Shown here: positions 26,936 to 39,587 of the stretch, piece by piece
Numbering within the stretch: position 1 is the stretch's first letter
Layout: every line of letters starts with the position of its first letter
Source of the DNA: Eledone cirrhosa
Lineage: Eukaryota
Length of the DNA: 64,000 nucleotides
Assembly (NCBI GenBank): GCA_964016885.1
Contig: OZ024750.1
Location: 29,388,001 to 29,452,000 of the forward strand
Direction of reading: 5' to 3'
Program-made: the position numbers and the translations under genes
The notes under the pieces: model-generated
The model's input: only the letters and a program-made list of their open reading frames with translations
What the model was told of the DNA's origin: nothing
The model's database searches: none

Positions 26936-28062
26936 TATAATAAACTGTTGATTAAAATCCCAGAAGGTTCCTAGTTTGAAACTAGCTTCTGATAATGTAC
27001 ATATTATGGAACAAGATACCTAAAAATGGTTGGAGTTTCAACTAATTGAACCACTTGAAATATAAATATACAGTCTAATGATAAAAGGTAATAGACTGGA
27101 AACATTACCCTCTTAAAGAACAATGTATGTATGTTTATATGGCCCTGTAACTCCTGGCAGAACCCTTCATCTCTTCAGGCCTCAATACAAGCTGGCCTCT
27201 TCCAGAGAAGGAGAGGAAGTTAGAAAGAGATATAAAAGAATTGACCCCTGTATTGGACTGGTATTTTTTTTTTTAAATCAATCTCGAAAGGATAAAAGTC
27301 AAAGTTAACCATGGCAATGCAAAGAGCCAGAACGAATTTCCATTCCATTCTGGGAGTTCTGAGATATTCCTCCATCTTCATTGGAGTCTCTCAGGCAAGC
27401 TTGCTTGTTTGACTAACTTGGCAGACTCAAATTTTGATTATATTAGCTTCTTTGCCCCATCAACAGTCATGTTTAGAATTCCTGCACACTACAACCATGG
27501 ATCCACAAAGTGTTCTATTCAACATTCTAACGACTCCACCAATTAAGGAATTGATCAACAAGATCCCAGACCTCATCTGATTATCAAGTGGGGTGGAACT
27601 CATCAAATTGGACAAAGGAAACAATGTTTCCATTGGTCTTTCCATAGCTAATACTATTTACTGGACACAACTCCTGGCAGATTACAATAACTCATCTCAA
27701 CATTTTAGACATTTTAAAGACAATTCTAGGCTTCTTAGCTCTTAACAATCCTGATTTCCTTGTACTGAAATATATTCAAAATTGCTATGAAACTCAACTG
27801 AAATCAAAGGCTCCTAAAATAGGTACCTCCTACTAAAGTATTACTGTCGTTCCTTTGAAATTTCCTGTCTTATCCTCTATAGCAGCAGTTATTTAAATTA
27901 ATTTTCCCATGGAAGGCCCCAGGCTTTTGAAAGATTTAATACACAGCGCTCCTTTTCAGTATCAAGTTTGCAGAATCCTCACCTCACATACAGAACCCCC
28001 TCCCTCCACCATACACACAATAGGACTACTGTTGCTCTAGAGTGTGATACCCTGTTCTAGAT

Positions 28063-28247
28063 AATTGTTTCTACTTTTTGGCACAAGGCCAGCAATTACC
28101 CAGTACATTACTGGTACTTTATTTTATCGACCCCGTAAGGATGAAAGGCAAAGTTGACCTCGGCGGGATTTGAACTCAGAATGATAAGGGCTGTAACTCT
28201 ATGCGTCAAAGCATGGCGTCTGACGCTCTACCGATACTGCCAATCCA
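28063..28247 (-). mobile_element. OK-like SINE
   Basis: Full monomer in reverse. Older or partial copies also at about 1-33, 2255-2460, 12018-12165, 20320-20470, 24685-24893, 31975-32198, 33675-33885 and 35463-35549. Confidence 0.85.
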
Positions 28248-28377
28248 AGGAGTATTTGTGACAACCTAGAAGACAGTGAGAAGAATGTCTGAGAAAACAT
28301 TGAGTTAACCCTCTTGATCCAACCCAACCAAACTAACTGCCTTCATTTTTTTTAAAATACAAAATTGCCTCTTTTAA

Positions 28378-28586
28378 CTCTTTAGCATTTAAACCGGCCA
28401 TATCTGGCTAGAATTCTCTCACCTCTTTCTGTTGAAGACCAGCCATAACCGGCTGCTCATACTTATGTTAACGTATTGTTCTCAAAATAAACAATATCAA
28501 AATCTCATAGATTCGATATTATGTGAGGTAAAGTCTTTACTATGAAAATATAATAGTAAATATAGAGTAATGTAAATACTAAAGGG
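28378..28586. mobile_element. piggyBac-type MITE
   Basis: TTAA flanks and family-typical internal sequence. Confidence 0.8.
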
Positions 28587-28847
28587 TTAAACAACAATCA
28601 ATGTTCACAACTTGATATTTCAAACATTTCAAACATCAGCTTACCAATAAATTAACTAGATACTTTTTACTAAATTCCTCAAAATCTTTGTTATAATACA
28701 TAAACTGAAATCACATACTGTCAAGAATATCTTATCCAAATGAAGGTGTGACTTTACTAAGTCAACTTATGCATGAGTATATACATACAGGGTGTATGTA
28801 TGTGTGAGTATATATATATATACTCTCACACACATATATATATACAT

Positions 28848-29178
28848 GGAGGCACATGGCTTAGTGGTTAGAGCATTGGCCTTGCAATCGAAAGGTTGTG
28901 AGTTCAATTCTCAGACCGGGTGATGTGTTGCTTCCTTGAGCAAGACACTTTATTTCACATTGCTCCAGTTTACTCAGCTGTAGAAATGAGATGATAGGGA
29001 CTGGGGTCCATATCATTCCACTGCAAAGTGGTCGTGCAGGTGCCACGGCAAAAAAAGCACCCAGCACTCACTGTAAATGAGGTTGGTGTTAGGAAGGGCA
29101 TCCAGCTGTAGAAACCCGTCCCACCCTTGCAAGCAAGGAAAAAGCGGACGTAAAATGAAATGATGATGATGAAATGAT
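28848..29178 (+). mobile_element. Full-length tRNA-derived CORE-type SINE (OR2-like) with RTE-type (GAT)n tail
   Basis: A box TGGCTTAGTGG, B box GAGTTCAATTC, CORE-like TTGAGCAAGACACTTTATTTCAC, tail CGGACGTAAAATGA. Confidence 0.88.
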
Positions 29179-29505
29179 ATATACATACATTGTGTGTGTG
29201 TATACACCAGTGGTGAAGGGTAACCTGGAAAGCAGGGCATGTAGTCCAATCGCCATGGCGGAAAGTGGGGCTGTGCAGCCTTACCCCCCCCCTCCAATTC
29301 CCTCTAAATGACCCTCCCAGTCAAAGCCGCATGTAGTGTTATCTAGTTTGTGTGTGTGTTATCTTTTTAAGTGTCTAGAATTTAGAAAGCAGTCAAAATT
29401 CTGATTGCCCCAAAGCTGTTGTGTGTTTGTGTGTATGTGTGTGTGTTATCTTTTTATGTGTCTACGATTTAGTAAGCAGTCAAAATTCTGCTTGCCCCAA
29501 AGCTG

Positions 29506-29580
<75 letters not shown>

Positions 29581-29917
29581 GTGTACGTGATCTTTTTTTG
29601 TGTCTATACGTTTTAGTAAGCAGCCAAAATTCTGCTTGCTTCAACCGACGCAATGGATCAGCTCAAGATTTTATAACACATGCACTGCATGCGTTGCATG
29701 CACGGACCCTTCGCCCCTAGTATACACACACACACAGATATACACATACACACAAAGTATACATTACAGTTGATTCAGTTGACTATATTTTACCTGGATG
29801 AAACATTTGCTTTCCAACTAGGCAAATAAACCTAGGATATTAAAAACAGACAACAAAGAACAAGACACTTATTTGACAAATAATTGTTATGAGAAGAAAT
29901 GGCTGCCATGGTATTGT

Positions 29918-30256
29918 TGGTGTTTAACTTTAGTCAGGTACACTGTACTGGTGTTTAACTTTAGTCAGGTACACTGTACTGGTGTTTAACTTTAGTCAGG
30001 TACACTGTACTGGTGTTTAACTTTAGTCAGGTACACTGTACTGGTGTTTAACTTTAGTCAGGTACACTGTACTGGTGTTTAACTTTAGTCAGGTACACTG
30101 TACTGGTGTTTAACTTTAGTCAGGTACACTGTACTGGTGTTTAACTTTAGTCAGGTACACTGTACTGGTGTTTAACTTTAGTCAGGTACACTGTACTGGT
30201 GTTTAACTTTAGTCAGGTACACTGTACTGGTGTTTAACTTTAGTCAGGTACACTGT
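29918..30256. repeat. Perfect 31-bp minisatellite, about 11 copies
   Basis: TGGTGTTTAACTTTAGTCAGGTACACTGTAC. Confidence 0.95.
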
Positions 30257-30311
30257 GCCACATTATTTTCATGTGTTGAAATTTAGGATAGAACTAAAGA
30301 CTTTAGTCAGA

Positions 30312-31135
30312 TGTGGCTGGGTGATTGGGTGATAAGGGGGAGTTGTGGCTGGGTGATTGGGTGATAAAAAGGGTTAGTTGTGGATGGGTGATTGGGTGAT
30401 AAGGGGGAGTTGTAGCTGGGTGATTGGGTGATAAGGGGGAGTTGTGGCTGGGTGATTGGGTGATAAGGGGGAGTTGTAGCTGGGTGATTGGGTGATAAGG
30501 GGGAGTTGTGGCTGGGTGATTGGGTGATAAGGGGGAGTTGTAGCTGGGTGATTGGGTGATAAAAAGGGTTAGTTGTGGATGGGTGATTGGGTGATAAGGG
30601 GGAGTTGTAGCTGGGTGATTGGGTGATAAGGGGGAGTTGTGGCTGGGTGATTGGGTGATAAGGGGGAGTTGTAGCTGGGTGATTGGGTGATAAGGGGGAG
30701 TTGTGGCTGGGTGATTGGGTGATAAGGGGGAGTTGTAGCTGGGTGATTGGGTGATAAAAAGGGTTAGTTGTGGATGGGTGATTGGGTGATAAGGGGGAGT
30801 TGTAGCTGGGTGATTGGGTGATAAGGGGGAGTTGTGGCTGGGTGATTGGGTGATAAGGGGGAGTTGTAGCTGGGTGATTGGGTGATAAAAAGGGTTAGTT
30901 GTGGATGGGTGATTGGGTGATAAGGGGGAGTTGTGGCTGGGTGATTGGGTGATAGAAAGGGTTAGTTGTGGATGGGTGATTGGGTGATAAAAAGGGAAAA
31001 TTGTGATTGGGTGATAAAAAGGGGGAGTTGTGACTTGGTAATTGGGTGATAAAAGGGGGGTGTTGCGGCTGGGTGATAAAAAAGGGGGAATGTTTTAGAG
31101 GTGATAAAAGAGGGATTGTTTTAGAGAGGGTGATA
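30312..31135. repeat. G-rich minisatellite of about 32 bp with higher-order structure
   Basis: TGT(G/A)GCTGGGTGATTGGGTGATAAGGGGGAGT with a periodic AAAAAGGGTTAG variant. Confidence 0.92.
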
Positions 31136-31619
31136 AAAAAAAAAAACAATAATCGATTGGTCGGTGTATAGATAATCAGTTGTCTAATTAGATATTTCAA
31201 GATAAGAAAGTTGAGAGAGAGAGAGACACATGATTATTTTATAATGTGATGACACACTTCTTCAACAGATTTAATAACTGAATCAACTACTTTCCTTCCA
31301 TATACTTATCAAGTAGTATAGATTAGATGTACAGCGCAACAACAGATCAGAAATCAAACAACAGACAAGTTAGACAGGTCAAATGGACCTTGGATAAGCT
31401 GGAATATGTTTCAGTTTATCCAAGGTTTAGGCTGTTGTAGTTAACTTGGTCAGTTGTTGGGACCTTGGATAAGCTGGAATATATATCAGTTTATCCAAGG
31501 TTTATGCCACCATCGCAAACACAAAAGATTTACCTGGTCAGTTGTTGTTTAGCCGCCTAAACCAGACCCGATCAGGGCCAGATTAAGTCTTTATAACTTC
31601 CCTCGGACTTAACCATATT

Positions 31620-31900
31620 GAAACTTTACCTTGATAGTTTACATCTTCCAAATATTTTACTAAACCCAGCCCAGCACATGGGTCCCCCCCTACTCTGGCC
31701 TCACACAGACCACTACACGCAGACCTTCCTACCTACAACTATGGCCCACTGGAACTCTCTCTCGACTTATGTCTTTCCCACGGGTGTTAATTTGTTACAG
31801 TTTAACCGTAACATCAATCAACATCAGTTTCTCTTCGAGGGACTGCAAAGGCCATGGGCATTACCCCTTTCTCCAGTCTCTGTTGAAGAGATTAATAGCT
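31620..31900 (+). mobile_element. CR1/Jockey-like LINE C-terminal remnant
   Basis: TQTFLPTTMAHWNSLSTYVFPTGVNLLQFNRNIN resembles the SF.PRT..WNSLP..F motif. Confidence 0.6.
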
Positions 31901-32914
31901 TAATGTTCTTATGCAATACCAGTTATCCAACCCAACCATGCCATACCCTTTTACGGTGACTATCATAGCCAGTAATATTCTTTCTAAAAATTGACACAAA
32001 ATCAGCAATTTGAGGGAAGGGGCAAAGTCGATTAAATCAACCTCAAACCTCAATATTTAACTGGTACTTTATTTTATCGACCACAGAAGGCTGAAAATCA
32101 AAGCTGACCTCGGTGGAGTTTGAACTCAGAACATAGGTTATAACTAATATCACTAACCATTTTATTCAACACTCTACCAATACTGCCAACCTACCACGCT
32201 ATCATAGCCAGTAATATTTCAAATGGGTTTAGACAAATACAACATAAGCATTTAAGGCTATTTATAAATTTTTCTTGCTAAAGCAGGGATTAATTGTGAA
32301 AGCTCCATGAGAAGCTTCATATCCATCAATGGGTTGTTTTTGAGGCAATGTTTTACTGTTAGATGCCCTTTCTGATGCAAACTCCTTTAATTAGCTCATA
32401 AGATAAATAAATGGGGATGTGATGTACCTGTCTAAACCAGATCATCAAAAGCTATCTCCAGCTATGGCAGATAGCGCACTAACATGACCAAGCTCTTTCA
32501 AAAGTTTCCCTATTTTACATGGCTTTGTCTTGTCTTTCGTTTAGTTCATATAGATTTAGACCAGACCATTTATAGACATTGTTGTGGCCTACCCTTATGT
32601 CTTTTACCATGAATCTTAACCAGACACACAGAGAGAGAGAGAGAGTTACGGGGAGGGGGGGGGATAACAGTACAGTCATTTGACTGTAATGTTCTGAGTA
32701 GATAAATAAATATTGAAGGAAGAACATTTTCTTAGCAACATCAATTCTGTATTTAATACCACTTACCCCTAGTCTGTATTGTTATCAACAATAGCTCAAA
32801 GACTACAAAGATTATCTGATATTCTGGGGGAAGGAGGAGAAGGAGGAGAATTTACCAGAAGGAAAAGATTAAATAGTTTTATTCTAGCTCGTTTGCCAAA
32901 ATAAATACTACTAC

Positions 32915-32955
<41 letters not shown>

Positions 32956-32998
32956 CGATATTAAACAAATGGAAACTACATTTATAAAACCATATTTA

Positions 32999-33060
32999 TT
33001 TCATTATATATATTTCAGGGATATCATATTAAAAATATGGTATGCCCTCTTCAGACAAAA
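32999..33060 (-). ncRNA. Minimal type I hammerhead ribozyme (mirror copy)
   Basis: Reverse complement of 33200-33261; the only difference lies in loop 2. Confidence 0.75.
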
Positions 33061-33199
33061 TACAATATATAAACAGTTTTATAAATAAATTTGACATACC
33101 TTAAAAAATTTTACAACTTCCATTTAAAAAGTTGTTATGGAAGTTGTAAAATTTTTTAAGGTATGTCAAATTTATTTATAAAACTGTTTATATATTGTA

Positions 33200-33261
33200 T
33201 TTTGTCTGAAGAGGGCATACCATATTTTGAATATGATATCCCTGAAATATATATAATGAAA
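33200..33261 (+). ncRNA. Minimal type I hammerhead ribozyme
   Basis: TTTTGT-CTGAAGA-GGG..CATATT-TTG-AATATG..CCT-GAAAT-ATAT-ATA-ATGAAA; palindromic loop 3, AUA cleavage triplet. Confidence 0.75.
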
Positions 33262-33390
33262 TAAATATGGTTTTATAAATGTAGTTTCCATTTGTTTAAT
33301 ATCGTAAAATACTCCAAAATCTGTTGAGTGCTTTTATATCAGTTATAAAATATTTACTCGTTGTAACCCAACAATTTTAAATAAAACTTT

Positions 33391-33427
<37 letters not shown>

Positions 33428-34025
33428 CAATTTTGCCTTTGTTTACTCCACATGTACCACTTACTACTGTTCTGATCATTCGATGATAACACTGACATCA
33501 GATGGAAGCAAGATATGCGTAGCTTTGCACTCAATGGTTTGTTTTACCATGTTGAGTTTATGCTGAAACTTATTTTCTTTTTAGGGTGTGAGCAGCAAGG
33601 TGGGTACTAGTTACCTACAGGTATGAATGATCCGGTGTATCGTACTTGTTAACCCTCCCTTAACCTTTTTAATATGGTAAGTTGGCAGTATTGGTGGGGC
33701 GTCGGGCAACAAGCTTTGCAGCCATTTTCGTTCTGAGCACACATCTGTCAAGGTTAGCTTTGCCTTTCATCCTTACAGGATCGATAAAATAAAGTACCAA
33801 TAACGCATTGGGGTCGATTTAATCGACTTTTCCCTTCCCTTCAAATTATTGGCCTTGTGCCTAAATCCCTAAATCAGAAACCAATATTAATCCACCCCAA
33901 AACATCTGCTTTTATGAAACAAAACCACGTAACCACCCACTTTAAAAGATGCCTATTTAAATATAAACTGTACAAGATTACTTGATATTATAAGAACCCT
34001 TTAAGTTATTTTATAAATACCATCT

Positions 34026-34250
34026 TTTTATAGAAACTAACTTCAAGTTAAAAGTTTCAACGAACGTTTTTTTATGTTTTTTTTTTAACTATGAAAATAG
34101 AAAATAGTTTAGCAAGTTGGCCTATAAGCCCCTGGAGACAACGCTGTCCACCCCCTCTCCCCAGGGTCTTATATGCCAAGCTTGTTAGACTAGTTTCATA
34201 GAAAAACAAAAATTAAATACGTTGAAGCTTTTAACTAAGTTTCTATAAAA
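34026..34250. other. Long imperfect fold-back
   Basis: Paired blocks TTTTATAGAAACT/AGTTTCTATAAAA, AGTTAAAAGTTTCAACG/CGTTGAAGCTTTTAACT, TAGTTTAGCAAG/CTTGTTAGACTA and CCCTGG/CCAGGG. Confidence 0.8.
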
Positions 34251-37200
34251 TACATTAACTGCTAAACGTTTCTAAAAATAGATCGTTTAAACGTCACCTC
34301 AAAGAATTAATAACTTGAGTAACTCCGTCAAAATACTTCGTTAATTAATTAATTCAAATATTACATTTGACTTAATGGGGTTAAAGTGGAAGCGCCAGGT
34401 GTACTGAGAGCCCTTGTTCACCATATCATTTATAATAAACATTAAAAGGCATTATACAGTCCAGTCGGTCCTAAATAAGCTATCAATTTTCATATGAAGT
34501 ATATGTAAATGTTTGACGTCTCAACGAGTATCTTCCACCTTCAACTAACTTAACCTCTGCTTTGGGTCCCGGCCTAGGGCCACACTCCCTCGAAGGCCTC
34601 ATTTAAAAAAATGTATGTTTATCTTTTTTAACACTAAATCACCAAAAAATATATATAATTTATTCTTTACCATTAATTTAATATAATTATTTAAAAAATG
34701 TTTACTCGAATGATTTTAGAGGTGAAAGCCGGCCCTGAGTTCAGTCTAGTTTAATTGTGGATCACTGCTTAAAGTTTCTGTTGATCGTGAGAAAAATACT
34801 CCACCTACGACATGCTGTCTTCTATAAATGGACAGAAAACGATTTATAATGAATGACGACAAAGAGTTCTGTATATATTTATTGTAAAGCCTTCTAATGT
34901 ATTGACACAAACCAGTAGTAATTCATAAAACCTGTCTTTTCATTTGTCACATCTACACTATTTAAGAAGAGAACAGTTTCTTATAGATACGCTCTCGCCC
35001 ATTTAATTAGACAATCCTCTCAACTATATTTAATAATTTCAGCCTATTTAGATACGGCCCATTGCATTCTGATAAATCTCGGGAAAGTTTGTCTTCTCGA
35101 GGACAACAAAATAAAGTATTGGGTTAGCTTAATAGATTCCTCCCAATTTAAGACTTGCGCCTTTATCAGAAATCAATAATTTCAGCGTAAATATTTCTGT
35201 TTAAGTAAATATTTATATTTGTTTTAAAAGCAATGCTGCGTGATATAATTTCAAATATTTTAAACCTTAACGAAATATTTGCATTAGACGCCTTAGAAAT
35301 ATATTCAAAGGAGAAAGTGGAAAAAAAAAGCCCACACTAAGTTTGGCAGAAGTACCATATTTAATGATGGTAATAAAAGGCGTGGCTATTACAGGTTGAA
35401 AGACTGATATTTTAAAGAGAGAAATGAAATAACAGGAGTTTCGAAACTGCATTATCAAGCTTTTTGCCTTTCATCCTTACGGGGTCGATAAAATAAAGTA
35501 CCAGTAATGTACTGGGTAATTTTCTGGCCTTGTGCCAATAGTAGAAACAATTATCAAGCTTGGTTAAACTAGCCATTCTCGGGCGTAACAATAAATATAG
35601 TGCCATAACTCCCATCTCTAAGGTGTTTAAATATAGTGTCCTAGCTCCATTCTCTGTTTTTCCTCGCCCACTTGTTCCTGGGTAGGCCGTGAGGCGGACA
35701 GAGTCCTCAAACACTCCTATTGGGTCCTATATGAAGTAACCGTCTCTAATTCATCCAACTGGATCCCCAAGAGAGACCAGCCGAACTCTCAATGGTAATA
35801 AGAAAAATGTTTAAATGTAGTGTCCCAGCTCCCTTTTCTATGGTAATAGGACTGCTCCAACTCCGATCTCTGTGGTAATAAGACTGACCAGGTCCCATCT
35901 CTATGGTAATAAGACTGACCCAGCTCCCATGTCTATGGTAATAAGGCAAATGTTTAAATTTAAGTGTCCCAGTTCCCTTCTTTATGGTAATCTAAGAAAA
36001 ACATAACTAAATACTCCCATGCTAATTCTAAAACCCAATAGTAAAGAGAATTTCCTTAAATGCCCAGAAACCCACAAGATACACTTGATAACCTGGTCTA
36101 CATCAATTGGAATGAACTAATGAGATCCGCTACGCAACCTGCTAAAAGTAGCAGCTAAACCTCCCTCAAATCATATCTCATCTTGAAAAGGAGGGAGGAC
36201 TGAAGTGACAATGTTGTCCTCAATATACAAAAAGAGGGGATGGTCTCAGTTGGAATGCCTTTGATCATATGATTATTGAAGACACTCGCGGGGCTTAATC
36301 TAAAACGAACCGATAATAGAATCTCTACGCAGTCGCTCAACATGTTAGAAATAGCAGCCAAATCTCCATTAAGTTACATCCCGCAGCTTTAAAATCACAT
36401 CGGAAAATATAGCCATGGATATAATAGAAAGATGGGATGGTCCCAGTTGGTATGTCTTTAACCCTAGGTCTTACTCGGTCAGAGCTGACCTGGAGTGAGA
36501 CATCAACATCAATTTAAAAGATTCCCGATGTCTCGTAAGGGTTTTATGGACTGATATCGATCACGAAGTATATATACACTTAAACTGGATCTTATGTACA
36601 ACAATATAAAACAAATATAGAGAAATAAGTGCAGTTAACACAAACTACATCGGGATCACCGGCTTCAGTTTTTATATTTAAAAAAATGTTTGAATTGATT
36701 TAGTTAAAATGATAGTCCGTCAATCAACATAATTACTTATACAAATAAGCTAATATTTATAATTTACTATTTTAGGAAGAGAAAATAATTGTTAAATAAA
36801 ACGCCCTATGTAAATTGCTTTGTTTGAGAACTTAATGAAAACAAGTTTGTATAGATTAATATAATTCATGCTCAGAACTTTTGATCAATTTTGTTTTCTA
36901 TTATCTACTTAAATATATTTGCAGACGCTTGGAATGTATTTATATTTTTTAAAGTATGATAACTAGGGCGCATCTGAAGATAAAATCAGATTTGGCGCCT
37001 TTTTATTTATTAAAGGCAGCAAAGTAAAGCAAGTTAGAGACAGGGAGGGATAGAGATAGAGAGATATTTCTAATGGGGACACAGATACCCTTAAATATTG
37101 AACAGGCATCGCTTTGGAAGTCTGTATAAAACTGCGAACACCCTAAATAATTTTACCTCAGAGGGAAAAATCAACAAAAAAAAAACAGAGCCATAAAAAT

Positions 37201-38140
37201 GTTTAGTTAATGGGACTTAGATTTAATAGGGATGAGAAAAATACATAAATAAAAAAGGGCAGTTAGCTTTACGAGCAATGTGGAGGGAAATAGGGAGCCA
37301 GCTTTTACTCTAACACACGTGTATGACTACATAGATTTATATATAAACACATAACACGTTCATACATACATGTTGATTTGTGCATTATTTTAGAGAAGTA
37401 ACATTTTAAAAGTATCTGAATTAGTTTTAAAATGAAATGACACACTTAGATTTTATTTATTTTCTGGTGAATTTAATTAAAATGGCCAAAAAAAAAAAAA
37501 AAAAAAAAAGAATGAAAAACTAGCGTTCATTTGTGGAGTTGGAGAAAAAAAAATGACAAGAAGTGAAGTCATAAGAATTAGATTCGTGTGTCGACAAGTG
37601 TCAGTAAGATAAGAGAAACGAACGACATTGTCATTTATATAGCCAGGTGTCATTTTACTCATACAACCTCACCTGATTTCTAACACGACTGTACTCTTTC
37701 TCAAAGGTTACACAAACCCCGTTACACCACCAAAAACATTGAAAGAACTTGGTGGTAAGTAAGTAAACATAATGTGACAGGACCCTACATATATTCTGTC
37801 CCCCTAACACAACACTAATTACTCGATAGATAGCTAGTGTATATTTGATACCTTATGCTGGGTATTAAATATATATACTAGCTATATAGTTCTAGAGGAA
37901 TATAATTTAAGTGAACATTCTGGAATAAGTTGATAATAAATTAACTATGCCAACAGGTAGAATGTTAAAAGCAGACTTAGTTTTATAAACCATAAAAGGT
38001 GTAATATATATCGGACTGTCCTCCGTTAAGAGGTTACAATAGAATGAATTAACCACGCAGCAATTTTTTCTATCACAGACTGAATTAAGAAAATAAGAGA
38101 GACAAAGTTATTTCACAACAAAATAGTTAAAAGTCTATAA

Positions 38141-38198
<58 letters not shown>

Positions 38199-38383
38199 AA
38201 TATATATATACACAACTTCACTTGTAAAAATACTTTAAAAACTTTACTCTTTTTAACGAAAATAAAATGTTAGTTTTGATTGCTGAGCTTTATATAAAGG
38301 TGTGTACGTGTGTTTTGTAATAGCTACATAAACCCAGAGTTGACAGATTTGTATGGAAAAAGGTAAAATAAAATAAATTAAAA

Positions 38384-38426
<43 letters not shown>

Positions 38427-38860
38427 TTTTTATGAGATTTAAAGTTTTAAAAAGTTGACGCTAAGAAACACACACACACCTGTAATCTTATACATACAAA
38501 TGTACACACCTGGGAAACTAATTGTTAACATTCAACAGACGAGTATTTCTAGAATTAGTAAGTTATATTATAAAATATATTTTTTTTAATTCTAAATATA
38601 AATAAAAAAAAAAAATCTCGTTATTTAAGAAATCTAAAAAAAAAAAAAAAACTTCATTTACTTTCATTTCTAAACATTAAAAAAAGTTAAAACAGAAGAA
38701 AGAACAAAAAAGTAAATGTTCTAATTGACTATTTTTTTAAATTTTAACTTTTAAAGCATGAATGCCACAACTCCTAACCTGAGCACACCTGTGCAAAAAA
38801 AAAACAAGATCTAGGGTTTGCTGATTCAGTAAAAGTTAAATCAAATTATATATATATGCA

Positions 38861-38915
<55 letters not shown>

Positions 38916-38924
38916 GTTAGTTAC

Positions 38925-38954
38925 CTTTATCCAAAGTTCGAATTCTGGTATCAT
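38925..38954 (-). CDS. First coding exon of a probable CLIC (chloride intracellular channel) family gene
   Basis: Minus strand ATGATACCAGAATTCGAACTTTGGATAAAG|GTAACT gives MIPEFELWIK then a phase-0 GT donor. It resembles the CLIC N-terminal P-x-x-E-L-[FWI]-[VI]-K motif, and vertebrate CLIC genes have an intron right after this K. Only 10 codons; exon 2 not found in window. Confidence 0.65.
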
Positions 38955-39179
38955 GTCTGTTTTTTAGTTGATGTCCGTGTTCATAAAAAAAAAAACAGAC
39001 GATGTATTTGTACTCCTTTCACTAAAGTGTCACGGATAGAGAGAGAGAAGTTTCTCACCACAAGACGAATGTCGTAAATGAAAAAAAGTCTGAGAAAAAG
39101 ATAAGATATAATAATAGCAAGAGGGGTATGAGAAGGGAAAATAAACCACACACAGGCACACACACAGTAAATGTGTTAT

Positions 39180-39320
39180 CCAACAAAAAACTAAAACTAA
39201 ACGATGACGCATTAAACAACTGTCGACTATTGGAGCAACTCCGCTGGCGGGACAACTGGGCGCATGCGTACTTGGAACCAGCCAGCGCACTTGTCCCCAT
39301 TACACAGCCAGGACAGTACA
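39180..39320. promoter_or_regulatory. Putative promoter of the minus-strand CLIC-like gene
   Basis: Non-repetitive CpG-containing segment about 250-350 bp upstream of the ATG, with GCGCATGCG (NRF1-like, 39260-39268) and TGACGCA (CRE/ATF-like, 39205-39211). Confidence 0.45.
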
Positions 39321-39408
39321 CATACATGTACACACGCACTCTCTCTGTATGTGTGTGTATATATGCATATATATCTATATACATACACACACATATACAC
39401 ATACACGC

Positions 39409-39441
<33 letters not shown>

Positions 39442-39455
39442 AATATATATATACA

Positions 39456-39503
<48 letters not shown>

Positions 39504-39504
39504 A

Positions 39505-39544
<40 letters not shown>

Positions 39545-39548
39545 ATAC

Positions 39549-39587
<39 letters not shown>

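Larger units (their letters stand above)
32954..33393. mobile_element. Second palindromic hammerhead-bearing element in (TA)n
   Basis: Arms 32954-33123 and 33137-33306 (170 bp, one mismatch), 13-nt spacer, about 87-nt tail, (TA)n flanks. No similarity seen to the 256-870 element. Confidence 0.85.

Noticed and set aside
28848-28925. tRNA-like sequences in SINE heads
   Set aside because: They have A/B boxes but no proper cloverleaf and continue into SINE bodies.
29216-29720. Possible MITE or Helitron (CAGTGGTGAAGGGT ... ACCCTTCGCCCCTAG)
   Set aside because: The ends fit either weak TIRs or a Helitron 3' end; no clear TSD or second copy, so left unclassified.
29918-30256. CRISPR-like regular repeats (also 3380-4119, 19345-20076, 40700-41810)
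   Set aside because: Units are contiguous with no unique spacers, there are no cas genes, and the context is eukaryotic.
37540-37662. Minus-strand TATA box (CTATATAAAT) as an alternative promoter
   Set aside because: TATA-like words are common in such AT-rich DNA; no independent evidence.
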